Positions 46,375 through 53,185 of a stretch of DNA of 53,185 nt are shown here, one piece after another. The stretch is from a virus (lineage: Duplodnaviria; Caudoviricetes). The position numbers and the translations under genes are program-made. The stretch covers positions 1-53,185 of IMG/VR virus record IMGVR_UViG_3300032770_000027; one strand, written 5' to 3'. Position 1 is the first letter of the stretch. Every line of letters starts with the position of its first letter. The notes under the pieces are model-generated. The model was not told the origin of the DNA. It did not search any database and was given only the letters and a program-made list of their open reading frames with translations.

Positions 46375-46689
46375 ATGGCGGAGAAGCTGGCCAGCTATAT
46401 AACAATGGACGGAAAGAATTTTGGCCCGCAAGCTGACTACTTAAAATGCGTTGAAACTATTTTGCGAGTGCTCAACCTAGAATCGCTCCTGCGCGACCGG
46501 GAGAGGTTGGATTGGATAGAGAAAAGTCATCATTGTCTAGACTGCTTGGTTGATAACAACCGGCATCAACAGTTCTGTTGGAGTGTTGACTTTCATCGTC
46601 AGGAATTTACCAAGCATGACACAGCCCGCCAAGCCATTGATGCCGCCATCGCACAACAAAAGAAGGAGGAAGCGAAGCCATGCGAATAA
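46342..46689 (+). CDS. Hypothetical protein
   Basis: DRERLDWIE...RQAIDAAI is a common phage motif. Confidence 0.65.
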   Translation: MTTPTQPTAREMAEKLASYITMDGKNFGPQADYLKCVETILRVLNLESLLRDRERLDWIEKSHHCLDCLVDNNRHQQFCWSVDFHRQEFTKHDTARQAIDAAIAQQKKEEAKPCE

Positions 46690-46883
46690 ACTGTTGCACT
46701 TGTGGTAAACCGCACGAAAAGCAGGGCGCTTTGGTGTTCGGTCCGCCGCATGAATTTAAATGCGAAAAGTATCATATTTGCTATCTGTGTTGGGTTGATT
46801 TGCTTTCTGCAATCGTTGAACTCAGGAATGAAAAGACTTGCTGGGGTGCCACCCGCCCGAAACGAAAGCGAGGGAAGAAGTGA
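46680..46883 (+). CDS. Small Zn-finger-like protein
   Basis: CCTC...HICYLC. Confidence 0.55.
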   Translation: MRINCCTCGKPHEKQGALVFGPPHEFKCEKYHICYLCWVDLLSAIVELRNEKTCWGATRPKRKRGKK

Positions 46884-46884
46884 G

Positions 46885-46921
46885 CGCCCTCAAATCCACT
46901 CCACAAAATACGGAGAAGGAA
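46885..46921 (+). repeat. Direct repeat B, copy 1 (copy 2 at 47361-47397)
   Basis: 37 nt with 2 mismatches; includes the GGAGAAGGA RBS. Confidence 0.9.
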
Positions 46922-47133
46922 TGAACCTAAAACAAGCCAAACAGTATTTCGTTCACAATGGCCAACGGTTCAAAGAGACTCGTTTAAAGCGAGGAATATC
47001 TTTGCGAGAGTGTGCAAAAGAATGCCAAGTCGGCCACTGCACAATCTCGCGTTACGAACATGGCAGACCTGTGTCTGTGTTCGCCTACATCCAGCTAGGC
47101 TTCTGGTGGACGGTGCATGGACCAACCTACTGA
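46921..47133 (+). CDS. XRE-family HTH protein
   Basis: FKETRLKRGISLRECAKECQVGHCTISRYEHG. Confidence 0.8.
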   Translation: MNLKQAKQYFVHNGQRFKETRLKRGISLRECAKECQVGHCTISRYEHGRPVSVFAYIQLGFWWTVHGPTY

Positions 47134-47136
47134 TTT

Positions 47137-47406
47137 ATGACCACCCCAACACAACCCACGGCGCGGGAGTTTGCTGAACAAATCTTTTCTTTCGGTCCTG
47201 ATACCAAGGAAGACCTGATCGAAGAATTGGATAAATGGAGATCGGAGATCATCACCACCACCCGCGCTGCTGCGTTGGAGGAAGCGGCTGAGATAATCAG
47301 GCAGCAGGATCAAATCATTGACCCGAGGCCAACTTGTTCAAAGCTCGTGCGTTTGATCCTCGCCCTTAAATCCACCCCACAAAATACGGAGAAGGAAGAA
47401 ACATGA
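47137..47406 (+). CDS. Hypothetical protein bounded by repeats A and B
   Basis: 89 aa; RAAALEEAA motif. Confidence 0.65.
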   Translation: MTTPTQPTAREFAEQIFSFGPDTKEDLIEELDKWRSEIITTTRAAALEEAAEIIRQQDQIIDPRPTCSKLVRLILALKSTPQNTEKEET

Positions 47407-47675
47407 GATACCGAAAGAAACCTGTAGTTGTCGAAGCGTTAAAATACCAAGCAGAACTCGGAAACAACCGGGTCATGAACTGGCTTGCTCAGCAAGGAGC
47501 AAACGTCAAAAACTGGCTGTTCCACGACGGAGAAATCACCATTCCGACGCTCGAAGGCAACATGAAGGCCAGTGACGGTGATTGGATAATTCGTGGCGTC
47601 AAAGGCGAGTTTTATCCATGCAAACCTGACATCTTTGAAGCGACATACGAAGTCCAACCCCATGACCCAATTTAG
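47403..47675 (+). CDS. Conserved phage protein (YRKKPVVVEA family)
   Basis: YRKKPVVVEA...IPTLEG...GDWIIRGVKGEFYPCKPDIFEATYE. Confidence 0.85.
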   Translation: MRYRKKPVVVEALKYQAELGNNRVMNWLAQQGANVKNWLFHDGEITIPTLEGNMKASDGDWIIRGVKGEFYPCKPDIFEATYEVQPHDPI

Positions 47676-47876
47676 TCGTTACGTTCCTGTGCTGGACGCT
47701 TATGAGAACTAGATATTGCGAACTGCTGTTCCCATCATCGTGGGGACTTTTCCGGCGATTGTTTTGGAAAATCAACAACAGACACCACCAAATCGTGATG
47801 GACTCTGTTGAGTATGAACTATCATTTGCAATCTGGATGTTAACTTCAACGATCACCCCGGAGTAACGACGATTTT

Positions 47877-47961
47877 ATGGCAGTCAGATGTGGCACAATC
47901 AGCCCTTGTGCGAGCGACGGACGCACGGATGAGCAAAGCGTTGAGCTTGTCCCACTGCCAT
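47877..47961 (+). ncRNA. Candidate cloverleaf-like small RNA (not a tRNA)
   Basis: ATGGCAGT/ACTGCCAT closes three hairpins in an intergenic gap. Confidence 0.4.
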
Positions 47962-47971
47962 TCCCTTTAAA

Positions 47972-48232
47972 ATGAACTGGAATCATGGCGACATGATCCA
48001 TCATCCCGTGCTCGGCACTTATACATTTGCCGGGCAACGCTGCGGTCTGCTCTGGTTCAACCACTCTACCGGCATAACCCAACTCGGTCTGGAAGCGCCA
48101 TCCATCGAGAAAAAGTTGGAAGATCCGGAATCGAAATGGGTCCGGGTTGACGGTCCCGGTAAATGCAGAAAGTGTGGGAATCCTTGGTCCAAACACACAT
48201 TTAAAAATGGAACATCCTATGACTGCCCCTGA
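47972..48232 (+). CDS. Hypothetical protein
   Basis: 86 aa; CRKC...H...C tail. Confidence 0.55.
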   Translation: MNWNHGDMIHHPVLGTYTFAGQRCGLLWFNHSTGITQLGLEAPSIEKKLEDPESKWVRVDGPGKCRKCGNPWSKHTFKNGTSYDCP

Positions 48233-48689
48233 TACCAAAAGCCTGATGGATCTGCATGATCTTTACGTGAAGCTCTCCGGCATGGAGATCAAATTTACCA
48301 GTTACCATCTGTATGTCTGGGAGCGATGGCTGCACGATGGGTTTACCCGGGAGGATCTGGAACTGACCTGCAAATATCTCAACCGGGAGATCAAGGCCGG
48401 GAACCGCAAGCGACCGGCTGTGTTCAAGTTTATCGGGTTCATTCAGGACACCGCCAAGTTCGCCGATGAGCTGGCTGCCGCCCGGTCCGATCAACGCGAA
48501 CGTCAGGCTCACCCAAATCCGGCACGGGAACAGGCGTTGCGCGAGGCGGGAATTGCCATCCCGGAAAGGGAGACAGTCCGATCGGCTGCTGATATACTGA
48601 AGCAGATCAAAATGACTCCGGAACAACTGGCTGAAGAGCACAAGAAAATGGCCCAACAACTGGCTGAATTTAAAAAGACACTGAAATGA
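48219..48689 (+). CDS. Hypothetical protein, possibly replication-organiser C-terminal-like
   Basis: WERWLHDGFTREDLELTCKY...KFADEL helical pattern; the function is an inference. Confidence 0.5.
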   Translation: MTAPDTKSLMDLHDLYVKLSGMEIKFTSYHLYVWERWLHDGFTREDLELTCKYLNREIKAGNRKRPAVFKFIGFIQDTAKFADELAAARSDQRERQAHPNPAREQALREAGIAIPERETVRSAADILKQIKMTPEQLAEEHKKMAQQLAEFKKTLK

Positions 48690-48988
48690 GAACTGAAGCT
48701 GAAACCACCAAACTTGTAGATGATCTGGTGATGCAGGAAGGACTGAAAATCACGCACGAAATGGCGTTCAGCCAGATCACTGAGGTTTTGTCTGACGACA
48801 AAAAATTTCTTATCATGCTCCGATTTTTGTTGTGCATGGCCCGGGTTGAGTTTGAATCTCAGGACGCCAGCAATGTGCCGGTGGAAAAAATGTTCCGTCA
48901 TGCCGCTCAGGCGGCTCGCAGTCTGGTCATTAACTATTACGCCCGGCAGGATGCGATTGAGGAAATTTTGAACAAGGAAAAGCAATGA
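48686..48988 (+). CDS. Hypothetical protein
   Basis: ATGA-coupled. Confidence 0.6.
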   Translation: MRTEAETTKLVDDLVMQEGLKITHEMAFSQITEVLSDDKKFLIMLRFLLCMARVEFESQDASNVPVEKMFRHAAQAARSLVINYYARQDAIEEILNKEKQ

Positions 48989-49341
48989 GCTATTGTCGGT
49001 GGAGCAGCAACAACTTTAACTGTGATCTCTACTGCTATCACAGCGACTGGGGATTCGAAACACATGTTGCGGGCGGTCGTTACCGGTGGTGGGTGCGGTT
49101 TTGCTGGCTCCTGTTCTGTAAAAAGCTGAAACTCGACAATGGCAGGACGATTCGTTATGGACAGTGGTTTCCAAAAGTCAGCCTGTTGTTACACCTTCCA
49201 CGATGGACGTGGCAGGTAAAAATAAATCATGAATGCGCCGGAAAATCCTTCACTGACGAAACCGAACAGGATATGGTTAGTCGCGTAAAGCAACTCGTGA
49301 ACGAAGGCTTTAGAGCGCCAAAATTCTATGAACATCTGTAA
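48985..49341 (+). CDS. Conserved phage hypothetical protein
   Basis: MSYCRWSS...CDLYCY...THVA; ATGA-coupled. Confidence 0.65.
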   Translation: MSYCRWSSNNFNCDLYCYHSDWGFETHVAGGRYRWWVRFCWLLFCKKLKLDNGRTIRYGQWFPKVSLLLHLPRWTWQVKINHECAGKSFTDETEQDMVSRVKQLVNEGFRAPKFYEHL

Positions 49342-49702
49342 TTGCCCCAAGGGTGGGATTTCCACCGGTTGTCCGGTTCACGGAAATCAGGCGACCGAAG
49401 CCATGATCAGGATGATTTCAGCCGGCGGTGATCTCAACCCGGTCGAGGAAGCCGTTCTCAACGGACAGATCCAGCAGACGGTGAAGTCGATCACCCGGAT
49501 GAACGACATCAAGGCAAGGTTCACGATGGTTCTGCCGTTTGAGGATGTCGAACGGGGAAAGGTTTACTCGGTCTGGTTCAAGATCGACAACGCCCATCGG
49601 TGGTGCATCAGCCCGGTGCCGGTGGTGGAAAAGGAAAAAGCGGAAATGATGCGGGAACAATTCGCCCGGGATCTTGAGCGGGTGCTGGAAAAATTGAAAT
49701 GA
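49328..49702 (+). CDS. Hypothetical protein
   Basis: N-terminal CNC...CPVHG. Confidence 0.6.
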   Translation: MNICNCPKGGISTGCPVHGNQATEAMIRMISAGGDLNPVEEAVLNGQIQQTVKSITRMNDIKARFTMVLPFEDVERGKVYSVWFKIDNAHRWCISPVPVVEKEKAEMMREQFARDLERVLEKLK

Positions 49703-49956
49703 TCCTTATGGCCGGTGAAAACATGAAAGTAAGGACGCTCCCCACTTGGGAGGAATCCGAATCCGCCGTTGACTCCGGAGAATACACGGCGCTGCACGAA
49801 TTTATTTTCAACTGGGAGCCGGGAGACGACCAGAAGGATGGGAGCTGGCGTCGGGATCTTGCTGAATTGATCCGGGACGTGTTCGCGTCCGGGATCGAAA
49901 TAGGAATCGAACACCAAAAGAAAAACACTGAACCAAAAAATGAGCAAACAAACTGA
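49699..49956 (+). CDS. Hypothetical protein
   Basis: TALHEFIFNWEP; ATGA-coupled. Confidence 0.6.
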   Translation: MILMAGENMKVRTLPTWEESESAVDSGEYTALHEFIFNWEPGDDQKDGSWRRDLAELIRDVFASGIEIGIEHQKKNTEPKNEQTN

Positions 49957-50200
49957 ACTGATCATGTATAAAAGAGGGTTTCTGGATGCCTGTTCCATGT
50001 TTGAACAGGCTGATGGAGATGTCTCTAACGTTGAAATTGCAGCCCTGAAGTATATCAGCTCAATTGTTGAAGTGCCCGATGAAAAGACTGCCAAAACCCA
50101 ACGACCCAGAAAAGCTCGCAAGCCGAAAAACATCCCTGTGCAAACGGTGCGGCAAGCCGTTCCGACCGGAGCCGACAGGGCTGGTAAAGACGCCTCTTAG
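49940..50200 (+). CDS. Hypothetical protein
   Basis: 86 aa; overlaps the next ORF. Confidence 0.45.
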   Translation: MSKQTELIMYKRGFLDACSMFEQADGDVSNVEIAALKYISSIVEVPDEKTAKTQRPRKARKPKNIPVQTVRQAVPTGADRAGKDAS

Positions 50201-50357
50201 CACGTGCTGCTACGAGTGCCGGTTCAGGAATTTCTGTGACGGGTTGGGACTGCCGACTCCTCCTGAATTACTGGACCGGTTTACCAAAAATCCAGCCCTG
50301 ACCAGAGAGGAATTTTGGAAAATGATTGAGGGGAAAGACCCGGAAAAGGACGAGTGA
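50079..50357 (+). CDS. Zn-binding hypothetical protein
   Basis: CKRCGKPF...CYECR. Confidence 0.5.
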   Translation: MKRLPKPNDPEKLASRKTSLCKRCGKPFRPEPTGLVKTPLSTCCYECRFRNFCDGLGLPTPPELLDRFTKNPALTREEFWKMIEGKDPEKDE

Positions 50358-50896
50358 TGACCCGGAGTCAGTTAAAGAAAATGATCAATGCGGGTCAGTG
50401 GAAGCAGTTGAGCATCCTGTTCAACTTTACTCCGACATTTCTGCTTACAGAATCTGGCCGGAGTTTCATGATCGACTGGCGGTGTGTGCCGAAGGCGATG
50501 GTTGATATTCTCTGGAACACCGCCGGCATTGACTCTGATAAGCTGCTGGAAAAGTTCCAGCGCAAGGAACGAATCCGGGCGGAACTGGCACCGCGTGGAT
50601 TGAGGCTGCACACGATCCAGAACGGGCTGTGTTTCTACTGCAACAAGTTTGTGGAATATCGATCCAAGGTGAAACACAATGGCAGGAATGTTCTGGGCTG
50701 GACGATCGACCACCGGACCCCGATCTGTCGTGGTGGGGACAACTCGTGGCAGAACACGGTCGGGTGCTGTTACCAGTGCAACCATGAAAAATCGTGTCTG
50801 ACTGAGCTTGAGTTTAGAAATACTCCGGCGAAGTATCGCAAGGAGCTGGTCAAAACCATCATGCTTCAGGTGCAGACAGCAATTAAAAAGTCATGA
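50354..50896 (+). CDS. HNH endonuclease
   Basis: CFYC...TIDHRTPICRGGDNSWQNTVGCCYQCNHEK. Confidence 0.9.
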   Translation: MMTRSQLKKMINAGQWKQLSILFNFTPTFLLTESGRSFMIDWRCVPKAMVDILWNTAGIDSDKLLEKFQRKERIRAELAPRGLRLHTIQNGLCFYCNKFVEYRSKVKHNGRNVLGWTIDHRTPICRGGDNSWQNTVGCCYQCNHEKSCLTELEFRNTPAKYRKELVKTIMLQVQTAIKKS

Positions 50897-51078
50897 AGCA
50901 CGCCACGGTCAGGGTGGGTGGATTTGAAATCCCGTTACTGGGAATTCCGGTCGTGGTGTGTTAGCGTGTTGATATGAAAGCGCGCGCTGGCAAACCAGAT
51001 TTTATATCAAGGCCATGCTGTGATGACCGTTTAGCAAATTGGCCTCAATGGTATCTAACGCCTCCGGCAGATATTAAC

Positions 51079-51969
51079 ATGAGGATTCCTGAGAAAATAA
51101 AAAAGTGCGTGGTTTTCCTTGGTATCAGGGAGGGCGATTCTCATGAACCAATAAAATGGAAAGGCACTGGATTTTTCGTTTCCTATCCATCCAAAGTTGC
51201 GAATACCGACCAGCCTAACAGGGGATTCATGTATTTAGTGACCGCAAAACACGTTGCGGTAAAATTCTCCGATAAAGAATTCTATGTTCGAGCAAACACT
51301 AAAAATGGCGGGTCTATTTTATTTCATGGAAAGGCGGGAACTAGGTGGTTTTTTCACCCTGAAGAAGTGAACCAGACTGACTTGGCGGTTTTCCCTATGA
51401 CACAGACCGAAATTATTAACCAACTTGATTACGAGTCGATTGGTGTCGCTTTGTTTTGCAATGATGCGTCAATTGCAGAAATAGGAATCGGCTCTGGAGA
51501 CGATGTTTTTATTGTGGGGCTATATTCTCGTCATAGCGGTTCAGACAGAAATCTTCCCATAGTAAGAATGGGGAATATCGCGTTATTTCCAGATGGGCCG
51601 ATCAAAACTGACCTGTTTGGGAATTTAAATGCATATCTAGTCGAAATGCGATCTATCGGAGGGCTTAGCGGTTCCCCTGTTTTTGTTATGAAGCAAGTTT
51701 ATGTGGGGCTAGGTGATGATTTTGTTCCCACCCACCAATCTAAAATTTATCTTTTAGGCTTAATCCATGGGCATTGGGATGTTGCCCCGGGAGAATTGAT
51801 TGATGTCGAGGATCATTCAGGTAATAAGCCCCACTCGATAAACGAAGGAATAGCTATTGTAATTCCGGCCAAGAACATACTCGAAACTCTGAACTCCGCA
51901 GAGCTTCAAGAATACCGCGCCATGGCCGAAGCCGAATATATCAGAAAGAATTCTCCCACCACCGACTAA
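51079..51969 (+). CDS. Trypsin-like (S1/V8-type) serine protease
   Basis: GTGFFV, LVTAKHV (His), TDLAV (Asp), GGLSGSPVF (Ser). Confidence 0.85.
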   Translation: MRIPEKIKKCVVFLGIREGDSHEPIKWKGTGFFVSYPSKVANTDQPNRGFMYLVTAKHVAVKFSDKEFYVRANTKNGGSILFHGKAGTRWFFHPEEVNQTDLAVFPMTQTEIINQLDYESIGVALFCNDASIAEIGIGSGDDVFIVGLYSRHSGSDRNLPIVRMGNIALFPDGPIKTDLFGNLNAYLVEMRSIGGLSGSPVFVMKQVYVGLGDDFVPTHQSKIYLLGLIHGHWDVAPGELIDVEDHSGNKPHSINEGIAIVIPAKNILETLNSAELQEYRAMAEAEYIRKNSPTTD

Positions 51970-52240
51970 ATCTGAGCTGCGGGCATCGGGTGTTGCTGCA
52001 TCTGGGCGTTCCCAACTGCATGAAATCCTACCGGATGTTGCTCGACCTGAATCGTCCCAAAAAGATCCAGTGTTACATCTGCCCAACCATGGTTGCCGGG
52101 GTGAACAACTCGTGAACAACTTGGGATTGTAGGAACCGTGGAACCGTGGTAAAACTCCGGGAATGGTCGGCGGGGCTGATTATCCGGGTTAAGCACCGAA
52201 GGATGTCAGTTTAGCGAACGCCGACCGCCAGTTTCAAGAA

Positions 52241-52486
52241 ATGTATCCGACACAGGCAGGCGATCGAATCGGGGTGGTATTGAAAGACCCCCAGTCCCGG
52301 ATCAACCGGGAGATTGCCAATGCCTTGCTCCGGGGGGACCGTGTCATACTTGGCACGCCCCGGCCAGATAGACCCCTCCCTCCTGCAAAGGATAATGTAA
52401 GCGGACGGGATCTGGAAAACAACAATGGACCGAGCGGGGTAGAATCACAACGCCCCCGACCGTCAGCGGAGAAATCCGGTTCCTGA
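52241..52486 (+). CDS. Possible hypothetical protein
   Basis: 81-aa ORF with no recognisable motif. Confidence 0.3.
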   Translation: MYPTQAGDRIGVVLKDPQSRINREIANALLRGDRVILGTPRPDRPLPPAKDNVSGRDLENNNGPSGVESQRPRPSAEKSGS

Positions 52487-52918
52487 AAACCCACAGCCGG
52501 ACCGTCTGACCCCCGGCTCAAACCATACAGGTTTTCAGTAATACCCAATGACAGGGGGAGTGCATCCTGATACCGCCAAAATCCTGCTTGACAAATCCTG
52601 ATCCGAACCTGAATCTGTTCACGTTTCGTAAGACCCTCCACCGGCCCGGTTGGGTTAACGGTCCATTTTCTCAACCGGGCCACCCCCAAATCTGAACAAG
52701 ACATGGCTCTGGATCTGAGTCGGAACCGGGTAAACATGGCTCTGAGACTGAGTCCGGTAAACTCTTGGAATATGGGTCCGGGTAGGGAGGGGAAATCACA
52801 TCACGAACCAACAAAAAGCGGGATGAGACCACCAGACCGTGGACACCACAAGCGAGTAAAGAGATTCCTTCCAATTAAATATAACAAACATTTGAAAACG
52901 ATAAATATTCGGCCCTGT

Positions 52919-53185
52919 TCAGCCCAGCTCTTGTGGTGTCTGCTCTGTTACCGGTTCCGCTTTGGGTTCCGGCAAGGTGCTACCAAGACCAGAATCCGAA
53001 ACAGGAACGGGATTCAACCGGACCGGGCCGGGTTGGGTTTGTCCGGGGTGCGTTACGCTACCACGGCGCATCCGGGCTGTTCCGGGTTTGGGGTAGATAA
53101 GATTCCACAGCTTTGACTTGGCATCGGCCAACCGGGAAAGCATGAGCGGGTCATCACAAGTTTTCATCTGTTCATCTATGCTTTC
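52919..53185 (-). CDS. Putative terminase small subunit, 3' part
   Basis: In frame with 1..440 across the terminal repeat. Confidence 0.6.
   Translation of the reverse strand, partial: ESIDEQMKTCDDPLMLSRLADAKSKLWNLIYPKPGTARMRRGSVTHPGQTQPGPVRLNPVPVSDSGLGSTLPEPKAEPVTEQTPQELG
53070..53185. repeat. Terminal direct repeat, right copy
   Basis: Identical to 1-116. Confidence 0.97.

Noticed and set aside
47877-47961. tRNA gene or c-di-GMP-I riboswitch
   Set aside because: No TTC T-loop, canonical arm spacing or free CCA end; the similarity to the riboswitch is limited to a GGACGCA fragment.
1-53185. CRISPR array or TIGR-like tandem guide array
   Set aside because: No run of regularly spaced repeats with unique spacers was seen, and no Cas or Nop-domain-like protein.
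53070-53185. Biological T7-like direct terminal repeat
   Set aside because: The repeat falls inside an ORF and cannot be told from an assembly overlap without reads; treated only as evidence of circularity.
1-53185. Alternative genetic code
   Set aside because: The standard code gives dense, full-length, overlapping genes using TAA, TGA and TAG stops.

Overview
This window appears to be a complete, circular tailed-phage genome of about 53.07 kb; the first 116 nt are repeated exactly at 53070-53185. The virion genes suggest a short-tailed (podovirus-like) phage. The morphogenesis genes are scattered. A small-terminase-like ORF crosses the window junction (minus strand). TerL, portal and scaffold lie on the plus strand (33-44.7 kb). 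Tail, ejection, major capsid, fibre and lysis-like genes lie on the minus strand (10.1-32.9 kb). Inside the packaging operon sit a DUF5672+GT9-like glycosyltransferase, a GT2-like enzyme, GroES, an HldE/RfaE-II ADP-heptose adenylyltransferase, an HExxE protein and a PurD-like ATP-grasp ligase. I found no integrase, DNA polymerase, primase, helicase, recognisable endolysin, tRNA or CRISPR array. Motifs in two secreted-type proteins point to a Verrucomicrobiota host (inference). The most striking unexplained feature is a ~430-nt non-coding block at 44.74-45.17 kb. It holds a promoter, a long hairpin with a short ORF and a terminator, then a ~210-nt nested multi-junction RNA that ends just before a minimal 101-aa HNH nuclease. 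Other notable signals are a four-copy Cys-rich module in three genes after the capsid gene, a shared palindromic operator in two promoters, an ARPP-1/ART-like island and CCGG enrichment. All calls come from reading motifs by eye; no database search or folding program was run.
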